Shown piece by piece: positions 9,113 to 20,500 of a DNA stretch of 64,000 nucleotides; the stretch's first letter is position 1; every line of letters starts with the position of its first letter. Source of the DNA: Candidatus Danuiimicrobium aquiferis (GTDB lineage Bacteria > Omnitrophota > Omnitrophia > Omnitrophales > Danuiimicrobiaceae). The stretch lies in contig MHFR01000060.1 in assembly GCA_001804285.1 (NCBI GenBank), positions 34,442-98,441 of the forward strand. The letters are read 5' to 3'. The translations under genes were made by a program, and so were the position numbers. The notes beneath the pieces were generated by a model. It ran no database searches. It saw nothing but the letters and a program-made list of their open reading frames with translations, and had not been told where the DNA came from.

Positions 9113-9362
9113 GGCACTGTATTGACTTCCGATTAACAGTACTTTGATTCTTCATAGACAGTCAATACCGCGCCGACATTCCTTAAAAATAAATCCAAGG
9201 GTTCTAAATTGCTTTGTCGGCGCAGCACCTGCATTTGTTCATATTCGTCAAGATGCTGGTGCCGCGCGTCTTTTAGTGCTGCAAATCAAAACTTGGCGCA
9301 GTCCCGACCTTCCAATTAAATTAATGTCGGGCCCGCGCCAGCTAATATCTAAAAATAAATCC
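9113..9362 (-). repeat. array of three hairpins built on tRNA-Cys acceptor-stem sequence
   Basis: hairpins at 9113-9174, 9219-9268 and 9294-9340 start (G)GCGCGG; the leader GGATTTATTT recurs. Confidence 0.75.
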
Positions 9363-9410
9363 AAATAAAATTTATGGTATTAATTTAGCATTTTGAAGTG
9401 ATTAACAAAT

Positions 9411-9447
9411 CCCCCTCACCCCCACCCTCTCCCCGAGGGAGAGGGAT
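9411..9447. repeat. REP-like CCCCTCACCC..CCCTCTCCC hairpin (partial)
   Basis: similar to 1467-1517. Confidence 0.7.
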
Positions 9448-9491
9448 AGCCCGCCAAAGGCAAGCCGCGCGAACAATCCAAGAAGGCTTGA

Positions 9492-9953
9492 TTACTTCAT
9501 GTATTTTAGTTCTTCACCCGTCGAGGGATCAAACTGATATCGATCAGGAAAAGTTTGACCAGTCCTTGGATTATATTTCGTATTCACTTCCTGTGGCTGC
9601 ACAACCTGCTGCTGAACCTGAGGTTGAGCATATTGAGGCTGAGCGCCATATTGAGGAGCAGCTCCGGTTTGATACTGCTGCTGCATTAACTCCTGACGCA
9701 TTTCTTTCTTTGCATTTTCTTTAGATCGCCGCATCCCTTCTCCGGCAAGTGCGCCCGCCAAAAGGCCGGCACCGGCACCAATAGCCGTTCCAGCCCCGGC
9801 GTGTCCCGTTTGATTACCAATAATAGCTCCCATACCTGCCCCAAGACCGGTTCCCAAAAGCGCTCCTGTCTCACGTTCACTGAGACCGCTGCCTTCGGCA
9901 CAACCGGTAAGTGCAAGAATTGAGATCAACAACCAACATGCTGCTTTCTTCAT
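9492..9953 (-). CDS. glycine-zipper lipoprotein
   Basis: lipobox LTGC, GxxxG zipper, Q-rich linker. Confidence 0.85.
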   Translation of the reverse strand: MKKAACWLLISILALTGCAEGSGLSERETGALLGTGLGAGMGAIIGNQTGHAGAGTAIGAGAGLLAGALAGEGMRRSKENAKKEMRQELMQQQYQTGAAPQYGAQPQYAQPQVQQQVVQPQEVNTKYNPRTGQTFPDRYQFDPSTGEELKYMK

Positions 9954-10046
9954 TTTTTCCTCCTTATGATCATTGATAGAAAAATTCCAGTTTTGTGTAC
10001 TATTAACTTTGACGCTTATTCAATCCGTTTTATTCACACCCTAAAA

Positions 10047-10679
10047 TCAGCTGATCACTTCCTTCAATATCACTTTCGCGGCTTCCATTTTTGACACATT
10101 TGCGTACTTCTTTCGAAATCCGCGCCGGCCCAAAAGTAACATTGAGAATCGATTCTTCCCAAAAGGGTTATTGTTCCGGGAAAACCAATTCGCAGCGATA
10201 AAATCCAAATTCTTTTGATTCAATTTTCGAACGGCTTTTCTCTCTACATCCTGTGTATCTAAAGAAAAACCGACGATTAAACGTTTCCCTTTCCGTTTCC
10301 CAAAATATCGTAAAATATCGGGATTAGGTTTAAGGAAAAGTTTAAAGCCTGTTTTAGACTTTGCCATCTTTTGAGTTGCCAAGCGGCTTGGCTTATAATC
10401 GCTAACCGCGGCACTCATGATCAAGAGATCGGTTTTCGGCCAACAACTCATAATGGCGTTTTTCAAATCTTCCGCACTTGTAATGGAAATACATTCCATC
10501 CCCTTCGGTGCAGCTAATGCCGTCGGACCGCTGACAAGCGTCACCTCATGCCCCAAACGTTTTGCTTCGCGCGCCAAAGCATATCCCATTTCACCGGTCG
10601 AAGAATTTGAAATAAATCTCACGGGATCAAGATATTCCCTGGTAGGGCCTGCCGTAATCAAAATCCGGAGCTTCTTCAT
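10047..10679 (-). CDS. coaB: phosphopantothenate-cysteine ligase (CoaB)
   Basis: LITAGPTREYLDPVRFISNSSTGEMG, AAVSDY. Confidence 0.92.
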   Translation of the reverse strand: MKKLRILITAGPTREYLDPVRFISNSSTGEMGYALAREAKRLGHEVTLVSGPTALAAPKGMECISITSAEDLKNAIMSCWPKTDLLIMSAAVSDYKPSRLATQKMAKSKTGFKLFLKPNPDILRYFGKRKGKRLIVGFSLDTQDVERKAVRKLNQKNLDFIAANWFSRNNNPFGKNRFSMLLLGRRGFRKKYANVSKMEAAKVILKEVIS

Positions 10680-10680
10680 T

Positions 10681-11253
10681 TCAATTGAGCAACCGGTCAA
10701 TATGTTGAAGGATCGAACATGGATCAGCAATGTGCCCAACCGCTTTCCGGCCGCAGGCCAAATCTCCTTCAATCGGATTTTCGAAATGATAATTAAAACG
10801 GCGAAGTTTCTCCATATTTTCCTGCGTCAGTGGATGGTGATACATGTTGTCATTCATCGCAGGAACAATCAAAACCGGCGCTTTTGAAGCCAACACAACC
10901 GACGTCACCAAATCATCGGCAAACCCGGCAGCAAGACGGGCAATGACATTCGCGGTAGCCGGAGCAATTAAAATCAAATCCGCCCGGTCCGCCAAACTCG
11001 TATGGAGCACATTCCATTCTTCGACCGGTGAAAAAGCATCCGCATGAACCTGATTTCCGGTCAGCGAGCGGAACGTCAACGGCGTCACAAATTCCTGCGC
11101 ACATTTCGTCATCAGACAAACGACATCCGCACCTTCCCTTTTAAGTTCTCGCACTAAATCACAGGCGCGGTAAGCTGCGATGCTTCCTGTCACACAAAAA
11201 AGAATCGTTTTCTTTTTTAATTTCCCTTCGGATTTTGCTTTCACTTTTCCCAC
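10681..11253 (-). CDS. coaC: phosphopantothenoylcysteine decarboxylase (CoaC)
   Basis: [22 protein letters not shown]. Confidence 0.92.
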   Translation of the reverse strand: MGKVKAKSEGKLKKKTILFCVTGSIAAYRACDLVRELKREGADVVCLMTKCAQEFVTPLTFRSLTGNQVHADAFSPVEEWNVLHTSLADRADLILIAPATANVIARLAAGFADDLVTSVVLASKAPVLIVPAMNDNMYHHPLTQENMEKLRRFNYHFENPIEGDLACGRKAVGHIADPCSILQHIDRLLN

Positions 11254-11296
11254 AGAAACGCCTGCCTTTCAATTTATAAACAATTCTGTTTGGGAT

Positions 11297-11512
11297 TTAT
11301 TTCTTGGATTTCGATTTTTCTTTTGGAACTTCCACCCGGATTTTCTGGATAGCGATCTCCTGCAATGCAATGGTTGCCGGTTTGAATTTTCCCGGCACAT
11401 CCATGACAGACACCGCTCCGCTCGTCAGGTCGTTTGCCCGACGCGCGGCAACCAAGACAAGGCGAAAACGATTTGATTCCGTTTTTCTTAATCCTTCAAT
11501 GGGTATATTCAT
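11297..11512 (-). CDS. rpoZ: RNA polymerase omega subunit
   Basis: NRFRLVLVAARRA, KPATIALQEI; follows gmk. Confidence 0.92.
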   Translation of the reverse strand: MNIPIEGLRKTESNRFRLVLVAARRANDLTSGAVSVMDVPGKFKPATIALQEIAIQKIRVEVPKEKSKSKK

Positions 11513-12074
11513 GTTTTAATATCTCCTCTATCTCTTTGACTGTTTGACTAACTCTTTGATTAACTACCGCATATTGATACAAAGAACTGGCGGCCATTTC
11601 CTTCTTGGCCATTTTCAACCGGCATTCGAGCTCGCTTTTCCTCTCCGTTTTTCGCATGACAAGCCTTCGCCCCAATTCCTCTATCGAAGGCGGCATAATA
11701 AAAATCGTGATGAGGGGCAACTTCCCTTTCACTCTCCGGCAAACCTTCTTCATCCCTTGAATATCAATAATCAGAACAACGTATTTTCCACGCGCAACAT
11801 ATTGCTGAACAAATTCTTTTGACGTCCCATACGTGTAATGGAAAACCGGGGCCGTTTCCAGAAAAAATCCACGGCGCTTTTTCGCGTTAAATTCATCTTT
11901 CGAAATAAAAAAATAATCGCGGCCGTTCTTTTCGCCGGAACGCGGCGGCCGCGTCGTATAGGAAACCGATCGGATGCATCGTTTATTCTTCCGCAAGAGC
12001 TGCCGAACAACCGTTGTCTTCCCGCATCCCGATGGCGCCGAAACAATCACTAACTTGCCAAATTTTTTCTTCAT
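11496..12074 (-). CDS. gmk: guanylate kinase
   Basis: SAPSGCGKTT, SVSYTTRPPR, DYFF, IDIQG. Confidence 0.95.
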   Translation of the reverse strand: MKKKFGKLVIVSAPSGCGKTTVVRQLLRKNKRCIRSVSYTTRPPRSGEKNGRDYFFISKDEFNAKKRRGFFLETAPVFHYTYGTSKEFVQQYVARGKYVVLIIDIQGMKKVCRRVKGKLPLITIFIMPPSIEELGRRLVMRKTERKSELECRLKMAKKEMAASSLYQYAVVNQRVSQTVKEIEEILKHEYTH

Positions 12075-12126
12075 TTTCCGTTTCAACCTGCTCAGTTTCG
12101 CTTCCACAAAAACGCAGACCGGAATA

Positions 12127-13005
12127 TTATTCAACGTTTTGAACTTGCTCGCGAATTTTTTCTATTTCACTCTTGATCCGAATCACATCCGCGGAAATAG
12201 CTGAATCCTGAGATTTCGACCCGATCGTATTCACTTCGCGGTTCATTTCCTGCGCTATAAAATCCAACTCTTTTCCAACTTCATTTCCCCTCCGGATCAA
12301 AGAATGGAAGTGTTTCAAGTGGTTTCCGAGCCGCACAATTTCTTCCGTCACGTCCATCCGTTCCGCCATCATGGCGACTTCATGCTCGATCCGTTTTTCG
12401 TCTATCGCCGCATTTCCGATGAGCTCCGAAATTTTGTCTTTCAAACGGACAAATTGTTTTTCGGCCGTCTTAACCGTTTCTTTCTGAATCCGGTCAACCG
12501 AGCCGGTGATCAGATCAAGCCGCTTGTCAAAATCACGGACAAGCGCCAAACCTTCTTTTTCTCTCGAACGAACCAAGTTCCGGAGCGTGCCGTCTAAAAC
12601 TCCTTTGAAACCATTCCAAAGCGCCTCGCTGTCGTTTTCTCTGGTTTGAGAAACAAACACATTCGGAATGGCAAGCAGCGTATTGACATTCATTTTTCCT
12701 TCGAGGCAGAATTTCTTTTGAATTTTTTGAATATTCCGGAGATAAAACGCAACTTTCTTCTCATCCAGAGTCAAATGATCCTGTGCGTCATTTCCGTTTT
12801 TTAACGCAACTGAAATTGAAATTTTTCCGCGCTTAACACGATCCCGAATAATATCGCGAATCTTTCCCTCAAAACTCAGCAGGACATTGGGTAACCGGCT
12901 TGTGAATTCAAAAAATCGATGATTCCACGTTCGAATTTCAATATGCCACCGGACGGGTAATTTCCCTCCACGAGCCTGGCCATAGCCTGTCATGCTTCTA
13001 ATCAT
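12127..13005 (-). CDS. yicC: YicC/YloC-family endoribonuclease
   Basis: MIRSMTGYG, QEMNREVNTIGSK, EKIREQVQNVE. Confidence 0.95.
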   Translation of the reverse strand: MIRSMTGYGQARGGKLPVRWHIEIRTWNHRFFEFTSRLPNVLLSFEGKIRDIIRDRVKRGKISISVALKNGNDAQDHLTLDEKKVAFYLRNIQKIQKKFCLEGKMNVNTLLAIPNVFVSQTRENDSEALWNGFKGVLDGTLRNLVRSREKEGLALVRDFDKRLDLITGSVDRIQKETVKTAEKQFVRLKDKISELIGNAAIDEKRIEHEVAMMAERMDVTEEIVRLGNHLKHFHSLIRRGNEVGKELDFIAQEMNREVNTIGSKSQDSAISADVIRIKSEIEKIREQVQNVE

Positions 13006-13072
13006 AAATAAAATAGCTTCAAGTCCTTTTATGGTAACGGGTTGCGATTATTAAGATTTTGCGTGGTTTAGT

Positions 13073-13101
13073 ATTATATGGTTGAACTTTACCTGTGTCA
13101 A
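13073..13101 (-). promoter_or_regulatory. consensus sigma70 promoter for the yicC operon
   Basis: TTGACA-17-TATAAT on the minus strand. Confidence 0.8.
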
Positions 13102-13138
13102 GAGAATGAATTTTTCGCAGATTTCGAAAAAATTCCTC

Positions 13139-13185
13139 TTAGCCCGGACTTCTCATCGCTAATGAGAAATTTCGCTCGGAAGCTC
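13139..13185 (+). mobile_element. TTAG-MITE copy 1 (left-end fragment, overlaps pyrF 3' end)
   Basis: ttagcccggacttctcatcgctaatgagaaatttcgctc matches the 40415 copy. Confidence 0.8.
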
Positions 13186-13902
13186 TTCAAAAACTTTTTG
13201 AGCGGCTTCGGCTGGATTTTTGGCTTGAGTAATCGGCCTGCCGACAACGATGTAATCCGATCCCAATTCAAAGGCTTGCTTTGGCGTAACAATACGGGAC
13301 TGATCCTGTTTTTCCGACCATGCAGGACGGATACCGGGCGTGACGAGCATGAAGGATTTCCCCAATTCAGCTCTGATGGCCGCAACTTCCTTGGCCGAGG
13401 CAACAACCCCATCAAGCCCGGTTTTTTGAGCAAGCGTTGCGTATCGAAGAACTGTTTCTTCAACCGTACCCGGAATTCCGACTTCCCCGTTCATTTCTTC
13501 CTGATTTAAACTTGTAAGCACCGTAACGCCGATCAGTTTAGGCGCAGCAATATTATTCTTCCGGGCCTCTTCTGCCGAAGCGATACAAGCCTCCTGCAAC
13601 ATTCGCAGCCCACCTGAAATATGCACGTTAAACATAAACACACCCATCTTCGCCGCCATCCTTGCCGCACCCGCAACCGTATTCGGAATATCGTGAAATT
13701 TTAAATCAAGGAAAACCTGTGCGCCGGCTTCGTGAACCATGTCGACTACTTTGGGCCCGCAGGCCGTAAAAAGTTCTGCTCCGACTTTAAAAATTTTGAT
13801 TGAATCCTTCAGTTTCTTAACGAGCTGCTTGGCCTTCCGCAGCGTATCCGTATCCAGCGCCACAATGACCCGTTCTCTATAATTCATGCTTTCATTTTCC
13901 AT
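13159..13902 (-). CDS. pyrF: orotidine-5'-phosphate decarboxylase
   Basis: FLDLKFHDIPNTV, VTPGIRP, VVGRPI. Confidence 0.97.
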   Translation of the reverse strand: MENESMNYRERVIVALDTDTLRKAKQLVKKLKDSIKIFKVGAELFTACGPKVVDMVHEAGAQVFLDLKFHDIPNTVAGAARMAAKMGVFMFNVHISGGLRMLQEACIASAEEARKNNIAAPKLIGVTVLTSLNQEEMNGEVGIPGTVEETVLRYATLAQKTGLDGVVASAKEVAAIRAELGKSFMLVTPGIRPAWSEKQDQSRIVTPKQAFELGSDYIVVGRPITQAKNPAEAAQKVFEELPSEISH

Positions 13903-13947
13903 TTCACGCCGTCTTTCTTTTAAGATTCATGAGAACCGATTTCATAT

Positions 13948-14142
13948 GTTATTGCGAGGCCGGCGCCGTAGGCGACCGGAACATCGTCTCGCAATGACGC
14001 CTTAAGATTTATGTAACTGTGTTCTCAACCTGACCGTTTTTTTTGATTGAGCAGTTTACAACACTTTATGCTGCGTCATTCCCGAAAGCTTTTGTCGGGA
14101 ATCTACAGCCTTAGATTCCCGCTTAAAACTTGCGGGAATGAC
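13948..14142. repeat. cluster of palindromic elements between pyrD and pyrF
   Basis: gttattgcgag...ctcgcaatgac (13948-13998) and gtcattcccg...cgggaatgac (14075-14142). Confidence 0.75.
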
Positions 14143-14170
14143 AAAAAACCGGTCAACCTGAGTAACTGTT

Positions 14171-15121
14171 TTATCCGGCCGGAATGCAATTCCGGCCGTC
14201 TCGCCCGGCTTCTGGCTTCAGCGTTCCGCGCAAATCATCAATCTTCTGAATCCGTTTTTCTTTCATGTAGGATTTGATCCCGTCCAAAACGTCCATCGTG
14301 GCGCGCGGATTGATAAAATTGGCTGTTCCCACCGCAATCAAATCCGCACCGGTAATCAAAAACTCGAGCGCATCCGCGGCGTTTGTAATTCCGCCCATCG
14401 AAAGAACCGGGATATGAAACCGCTGTTTGACTTCATATAAGTACCGCAACGCGACCGGCCGGATTGCCGGACCGCTTAGCCCGCCGAAAATCCGGGCCAG
14501 TTTTGGTTTACGCGTTTCAATATCAACCGCCATCCCGCGAATCGTATTCATTAAGCTCAGCGCATTGGTGCCAGCGCGGATACAGGCATCCGCCACCCGC
14601 AAAAGGTCAAAACCTTCAGGAGAAAGTTTTGTAAATATCGGAAGCGCCGTTACGTCACGCACCGCTTTCACGAGTTCATAAGCCAGTTCAGGATTCGCAC
14701 AAAAAGAAAGGCCCTTTTTGACATTCGGGCAGGAAATATTTAGCTCCAACGCTTTAACACCGTTTTCTTTTTGAAGCCTTTCGGCAAGATAAACATAATC
14801 CTCAACGGAATCTCCGGCGATATTTACGATTAAATTTGTTTTCAATTTCCGGAAAAACGGGATTTTGTTTTCAATAAAATCTTCAAGCCCCTTATTTTGA
14901 AGCCCGATGGCGTTCAGCATGCCGCTTGGAGTTTCGCAAATCCGCGGCATGGGGTTCCCTTCTCTCGGTAACCGGGTAATGGTTTTTGTAATCACGGCCC
15001 CGAGTTTATTATAATTAACAAAAGACGCATATTCATCTTTCGTTCCGAACGTCCCGGACGCAACCGTGACCGGATTTGTAAACGTCAGGTTTCCGATTTT
15101 CGTCGTCAAATCAATTTTCAT
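14171..15121 (-). CDS. pyrD: dihydroorotate dehydrogenase 1B catalytic subunit
   Basis: ASGTFG, NAIGLQN, ELNISCPN, GGLSGPAIRP. Confidence 0.96.
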   Translation of the reverse strand: MKIDLTTKIGNLTFTNPVTVASGTFGTKDEYASFVNYNKLGAVITKTITRLPREGNPMPRICETPSGMLNAIGLQNKGLEDFIENKIPFFRKLKTNLIVNIAGDSVEDYVYLAERLQKENGVKALELNISCPNVKKGLSFCANPELAYELVKAVRDVTALPIFTKLSPEGFDLLRVADACIRAGTNALSLMNTIRGMAVDIETRKPKLARIFGGLSGPAIRPVALRYLYEVKQRFHIPVLSMGGITNAADALEFLITGADLIAVGTANFINPRATMDVLDGIKSYMKEKRIQKIDDLRGTLKPEAGRDGRNCIPAG

Positions 15122-15133
15122 CTCGCCATCCTT

Positions 15134-15904
15134 TTATGGAAGTTCCTCAAAAGAAAATACCGGCCCGTCATGGCAACTCGTCTTGCGTCCTTCCTTCGTT
15201 TCAACCACGCAACCCAGGCAAGCTCCGATTCCGCATGCCATCCGCTCATCAAATGACAATTCCCCGTCAACACCAACCGTGCGCGCCATTCGCATCACCG
15301 CTTCCATCATTGCTTTCGGGCCGCAGGTTTGAATGAAAAGTTTCTTCGGATTATTCTCTTTCAATATCTTTTCGAGAAGTTTGGTCACAAACCCCTTCGT
15401 TCCGCACGAACCATCTTCCGTCGCGTAAGAAACCAAGTTTTTCAACTTGCTTAATTCTGTTTTTGGAAGAATGGCGTCATCTGACTGACAGCCGAACAAC
15501 AAAATGGGCGGAGTTGAATCGGATAATTTCGTTTTTCCGGCAAGGAAAATGAGAGGCGGAACACCGCATCCGCCACCGACTAAAATTCTTCGCTTCGCGC
15601 CGATTTTTTGAGAGAAACCTTTCCCCAACGGTCCCAGAATTTTGAGCGTGCTCCCGCGCTTTTTCTGCGATAATTTTTCCGTCCCGCAGCCGACCACTTC
15701 ATAAAGAATTTCTACCTTAGGTCCACTGACACGGTAATAACTAAACGGTCGCCGCCAAAGCGGGGCTGTCGAATTTTCGATTTGAATATTGAGAAATTGA
15801 CCGGGGCGAACATTGTCGGAAAGTTTGGAAGATGAAAACGTCAGCTTCCAATACACCGCGTTGATCTTTTTATTTTCTAAAATCTCTACGGTTACATCAT
15901 GCAT
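15134..15904 (-). CDS. pyrK: dihydroorotate dehydrogenase electron-transfer subunit
   Basis: [23 protein letters not shown]...CHDGPVF. Confidence 0.93.
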   Translation of the reverse strand: MHDVTVEILENKKINAVYWKLTFSSSKLSDNVRPGQFLNIQIENSTAPLWRRPFSYYRVSGPKVEILYEVVGCGTEKLSQKKRGSTLKILGPLGKGFSQKIGAKRRILVGGGCGVPPLIFLAGKTKLSDSTPPILLFGCQSDDAILPKTELSKLKNLVSYATEDGSCGTKGFVTKLLEKILKENNPKKLFIQTCGPKAMMEAVMRMARTVGVDGELSFDERMACGIGACLGCVVETKEGRKTSCHDGPVFSFEELP

Positions 15905-18900
15905 GAAAATTTCGCCTTGGCTCCGACACTTTTCAAGTACGCTTGCAACGGTTTCACGGAAAGCCCTTTTTCTCTGAAAGAATCGATCGCTTGGACAACG
16001 GCACGCGCGGCATTGATGGTGGTCACACATGGCACATTAAAAGAAACTGCAAGTGATCTTATTTTAGCTTCGTCCTGCATCGGCCCTTTCCCCGTCGGCG
16101 TATTGATGACAAGCGCAACTTCCTTGGCGCGAATACGGTCCGTAATATTGGGCTCCCCCTCAGAAATCTTCTTGACCCTTTCGGATTCAATTCCGTGCTC
16201 TGCCAAATAGGCTCCGGTGCCTTGCGTTGTGATCAACTGATACCCTTGTTTAATCAATTTTTTTGCAATCGGAAGCATCTTTGCCTTATCTGACTCCATC
16301 ACACTCAAAAAAATCTTTCCTGACATCGGAATTTCCGAATAAGCGGCCACCTGTGCTTTATAGTAAGCAAGGCCAAAGTCTTCATCAATCCCCATAACTT
16401 CACCCGTCGACTTCATCTCGGGTGATAAAATTATATCAACTCCTGGAAACTTCACAAAGGGAAATACTGATTCTTTAATTGAAAAATAAGGGGGAATCAC
16501 TTCGTTCGAAAACCCCAATGTTCTTAGTGTCTTTCCAACCATGACCTGCGCAGCAAGTTTTGCAAGCGGGACACCGATCGCCTTGCTCACAAACGGGACG
16601 GTCCGGGACGCCCGGGGATTTACTTCGAGACAATAAATCTGGCCGTGCTGAATCGCATATTGAACATTCATCAGCCCAACCACTTTGAGTTCGGCAGCAA
16701 TCTTTTTCGTTTTTTCTACAAGCTCATCAATTTTTTCCTTGCTTAGCGAAAAGGGCGGAAGCGCCATCGCTGCATCGCCCGAATGGACTCCGGCCTCCTC
16801 TATATGCTCAAGAATTCCGCCGACAACGTAGGTTTCGCCGTCTCCGATTAAATCCACATCAATCTCAATCGCGTCCTCGAGAAATTTATCAATCAACACT
16901 GCATTTTTGTCACTCGCTTCAACCGCCGTTACAATATATTTACGGAGTTGTTCTTCATCGTAGACAATTTCCATCGCGCGGCCGCCCAACACATAGGAAG
17001 GCCGAATCAAAACCGGATATCCGACTTTTTTCGCCATCACGATCGCTTCTTCGGGCGTGAATACAATTTCGCTTTTCGGCTGGTGGACACCGATCCGCTC
17101 GAGAAGATCCCGGAACTTTTGCCGGTCTTCGGCAAAATCGATCGAAGCCGTTGACGTCCCTAAAATCTTCAAACCATTCTCTTCGAGCCCTTTACAAAGG
17201 TTGAGCGGCGTTTGCCCGCCCAACTGGACAATGACGCCGCAGGGCTTTTCGCGATCGGCAATGTTGAGAATATCTTCGAGCGTCACCGGTTCGAAAAATA
17301 ATTTATCGGATGTGTCGTAATCCGTACTGACGGTTTCGGGATTCGAATTCACCATAATAGTTTCGTATCCGAGGCCCCTCAATGCGATGGCTGCCTGCAC
17401 GCAACAATAATCGAACTCGATTCCCTGTCCTATCCGGTTGGGACCGCCGCCGAGAATCATCACTTTCCTTTTAGCGCTCGGAATCGTCTCGTCTTCATCT
17501 TCATAAGTTGAATAGAAATACGGCGTAAACGCTTTAAATTCTGCCGCGCAAGTATCAACGAGTTTATACACAGACTCAATATTTTTCGATTTCCGGAGCT
17601 TGCGAATTTCCAGATCTTTTTTCCCAAAACAAAATCCGATTTGAAAGTCCGAAAAACCATAGCGTTTCGCTTGTTTAAGGATTTGCCGGAAAGATTCAGA
17701 ATCCACATCGGGTTTATTCCCAAGCAGAAGCAATTCCTTTTCCAAATCAATAATCTGCCGCAGCTGTTCAAGAAACCAAATATCAACTTTTGTTGCATCA
17801 AAAATATCTTTCGCGGAATAACCCGCGTAAAAAGCATATTTAATATAAAAAATTCGGTCCGCCCGGGGAATTTTGATTCGCTCGAGAATTTTCCGCCGCA
17901 ACGCTTCGTCGCGCGGCGCTCCTTCGATAAATTGAACCAACGTTTCCCTCGACTCCAGCTTCAATCCAAATACATCATCCCGGCCGTCACAGCCGAACCC
18001 CATCCGTTTAATTTCAAGGCCTCGCATTCCTTTCTGAAAAGCTTCTTTAAATGTCCGCCCGAGCGCCATGGTTTCGCCAACGGACTTCATCTGCGTCCCG
18101 AGCGTATCATTGACACCCTCGAATTTTTCAAACGCAAATCTCGGAATTTTGACCACGCAGTAATCGATCGACGGCTCAAAACCGGCCGGCGTATATTTCG
18201 TAATATCATTCGGAATTTCATCGAGGGTCAGGCCGACCGCAAGTTTCGCGGCAAACTTCGCGATCGGAAACCCTGTAGCTTTCGAAGCAAGCGCTGACGA
18301 ACGCGACACGCGCGGATTCATTTCAATCACCACAAGCCGCCCCGTCTCCGGGTGAACGGCAAATTGAATATTCGAGCCGCCGGTTTCAACGCCGATCTCC
18401 GAAATGATTTTCCGGGCTGCGTCACGCATCCGCTGATATTCTTTGTCCGTCAATGTCTGCGCCGGCGCCACGGTAATCGAATCGCCCGTATGAATTCCCA
18501 TCGGATCAAAATTCTCAATCGAGCAAATGACGACGAAATTGTCTTTACAATCTCTCATCACTTCCAGTTCAAATTCTTTCCATCCGATCACCGATTCTTC
18601 AATCAAAACTTCTTTGACCATGCTGTATTCGAGGCCGAGCCGGGCAACCCGCTTTAAATCATCTTCGTTATAGCAAATTCCGCTTCCGGAACCGCCGAGT
18701 GTAAAACTTGGCCGGACAATGACGGGAAATCCGAGCGTTTTCGCAATCTCAAGCGCGTCTTCGACCGAACGAGCACATTCCGATCTTGGTAAATCAAGCC
18801 CAATTTTCTGCATCGCATTATGGAATGCGGATCGGTCTTCTGCCTTTTTGATGGCCTCGTATTTCACGCCGATCATTTCAACGCCGTATTTCGTGAATAT

Positions 18901-19218
18901 TCCGCGTTCATAAGCTTCAACGGCTTGATTCAGTCCGGTTTGCCCGCCCATCGTCGGCAGACACGCGTCCGGCCGTTCAATCTGGATAATTTTTTCAAGC
19001 ACATCGGCTGTAATCGGTTCGATGTAAGTCCGGTTCGCCACGTTCGGATCGGTCATAATTGTCGCGGGATTGGAATTCACCAGAACGACTTCATAACCTT
19101 CCTCACGAAGCGCTTTGCAGGCCTGCGTGCCCGAATAATCAAATTCACACGCCTGCCCGATGATGATCGGCCCCGAACCGATAATGAGGATTTTCTTAAT
19201 GTCTTTTCTCTTGGGCAT
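15892..19218 (-). CDS. carB: carbamoyl-phosphate synthase large subunit
   Basis: [30 protein letters not shown]; duplicated ATP-grasp domains. Confidence 0.98.
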   Translation of the reverse strand: MPKRKDIKKILIIGSGPIIIGQACEFDYSGTQACKALREEGYEVVLVNSNPATIMTDPNVANRTYIEPITADVLEKIIQIERPDACLPTMGGQTGLNQAVEAYERGIFTKYGVEMIGVKYEAIKKAEDRSAFHNAMQKIGLDLPRSECARSVEDALEIAKTLGFPVIVRPSFTLGGSGSGICYNEDDLKRVARLGLEYSMVKEVLIEESVIGWKEFELEVMRDCKDNFVVICSIENFDPMGIHTGDSITVAPAQTLTDKEYQRMRDAARKIISEIGVETGGSNIQFAVHPETGRLVVIEMNPRVSRSSALASKATGFPIAKFAAKLAVGLTLDEIPNDITKYTPAGFEPSIDYCVVKIPRFAFEKFEGVNDTLGTQMKSVGETMALGRTFKEAFQKGMRGLEIKRMGFGCDGRDDVFGLKLESRETLVQFIEGAPRDEALRRKILERIKIPRADRIFYIKYAFYAGYSAKDIFDATKVDIWFLEQLRQIIDLEKELLLLGNKPDVDSESFRQILKQAKRYGFSDFQIGFCFGKKDLEIRKLRKSKNIESVYKLVDTCAAEFKAFTPYFYSTYEDEDETIPSAKRKVMILGGGPNRIGQGIEFDYCCVQAAIALRGLGYETIMVNSNPETVSTDYDTSDKLFFEPVTLEDILNIADREKPCGVIVQLGGQTPLNLCKGLEENGLKILGTSTASIDFAEDRQKFRDLLERIGVHQPKSEIVFTPEEAIVMAKKVGYPVLIRPSYVLGGRAMEIVYDEEQLRKYIVTAVEASDKNAVLIDKFLEDAIEIDVDLIGDGETYVVGGILEHIEEAGVHSGDAAMALPPFSLSKEKIDELVEKTKKIAAELKVVGLMNVQYAIQHGQIYCLEVNPRASRTVPFVSKAIGVPLAKLAAQVMVGKTLRTLGFSNEVIPPYFSIKESVFPFVKFPGVDIILSPEMKSTGEVMGIDEDFGLAYYKAQVAAYSEIPMSGKIFLSVMESDKAKMLPIAKKLIKQGYQLITTQGTGAYLAEHGIESERVKKISEGEPNITDRIRAKEVALVINTPTGKGPMQDEAKIRSLAVSFNVPCVTTINAARAVVQAIDSFREKGLSVKPLQAYLKSVGAKAKFSCMM

Positions 19219-19222
19219 CTGC

Positions 19223-20362
19223 TTACCAAACTCCCCGGTCAATCATTTGATAGAACCGTTTAAATAAATAATCCGAATCATGCGGCCCCGGCGAATTTTC
19301 AGGGTGGTATTGAACCGAAAACACCGGAAACTTTTCATGCCGCAGTCCTTCCACGGTCTGATCGTTTAAATTGAGGTGCGACACTCTGGCTTCGTTTCCG
19401 GGAAGCGAACCGGCATCCACGCAAAATCCGTGATTCTGGGAAGTGATTTCAAAAAGACCGGTTTTCAAATCTTTGACTGGATGATTTCCGCCGCGATGGC
19501 CGAATTTCAATTTAAATGTTTTTCCGCCGAGCGCGAGTCCGAGCATTTGATGGCCCAGGCAAATTCCGAAAACCGGAACTTTCCCCAGCAATTTTTGCAT
19601 TCCTTGCCACACATATGTCACCGGCTCCGGGTCTCCGGGCCCATTGGAGTAAAAAACACCGTCCGGCTTCAATTTTAAAATTTCTTCTGCTGTAGTCGTT
19701 GCCGGAACCACATGCACACGGAAACCATGCTGTACTAATTTCCGGAGAATATTGAGTTTAATACCGCAATCCACGCACACAACCGAATATTTTTTATCCG
19801 TCTTCACCACTTCATCCGGCCAGGTAAATTCCGGCATCAGGGTTTCGTTGAAATCGTAAAACGCCGCACATGTAACTTTCTTCACTAAATCAATCCCGAC
19901 AATACTCGGCGATGCTTTCGCCTTTTCAACCAGACTTTTCGAATCCAAATCCACGGAAGAAATGACACCTTTCTTGGCCCCAAAATCGCGCAGGTGTTTG
20001 ACGAGTTTTCTCGTGTCAACTTCCTGAATCCCGATAATTTTGTTCCGTTTCAAATATTGATCCAAATCCTCTTCGGACCGCCAATTGCTCACCACGGGAC
20101 TGAGTTCCCTGACAACAAATCCTTCCACCCAAGGACGCCGGGATTCCGCATCCGCCTGATTAATCCCATAATTTCCGATGTGCGGATTCGTCATCGTCAC
20201 AATCTGTCCCGCGTAAGACGGATCCGTCAAAATTTCCTGATATCCCGAAAGCGACGTATTGAAAACTACTTCACCATAAGACTCTCCTTCAAATCCAAAG
20301 TGAACCCCTTCCAGGATCAGGCCGTCTTCCAGTGCTAAAATTGCTTTTTTAATCATTCCCAT
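19223..20362 (-). CDS. carA: carbamoyl-phosphate synthase small subunit
   Basis: [26 protein letters not shown]. Confidence 0.98.
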   Translation of the reverse strand: MGMIKKAILALEDGLILEGVHFGFEGESYGEVVFNTSLSGYQEILTDPSYAGQIVTMTNPHIGNYGINQADAESRRPWVEGFVVRELSPVVSNWRSEEDLDQYLKRNKIIGIQEVDTRKLVKHLRDFGAKKGVISSVDLDSKSLVEKAKASPSIVGIDLVKKVTCAAFYDFNETLMPEFTWPDEVVKTDKKYSVVCVDCGIKLNILRKLVQHGFRVHVVPATTTAEEILKLKPDGVFYSNGPGDPEPVTYVWQGMQKLLGKVPVFGICLGHQMLGLALGGKTFKLKFGHRGGNHPVKDLKTGLFEITSQNHGFCVDAGSLPGNEARVSHLNLNDQTVEGLRHEKFPVFSVQYHPENSPGPHDSDYLFKRFYQMIDRGVW

Positions 20363-20436
20363 TCACCCGTTTATCCTATTTCGCTTACACACTTCCCGCA
20401 TTTCTAAATTTGTGAACAATCTTGATCCTTGATTCT

Positions 20437-20500
20437 GAAGTTGACTATCGCCCCTCACCCCTGCCCTCTCCCCAAGGGAGAGGGTTAGGGTGAGGGGGAT
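20437..20500. repeat. REP-like CCCCTCACCC hairpin
   Basis: near-identical to the reverse complement of 1465-1532. Confidence 0.8.

Noticed and set aside
8944-9362. CRISPR array
   Set aside because: Repeats are tRNA-derived, short and non-identical, spacing is irregular, and there are no cas genes in the window
19218-19242. carA-carB overlap suggesting a frameshift fusion
   Set aside because: The real carB start is the ATG of MPKRKD at 19218, just after the carA stop; ordinary coupling
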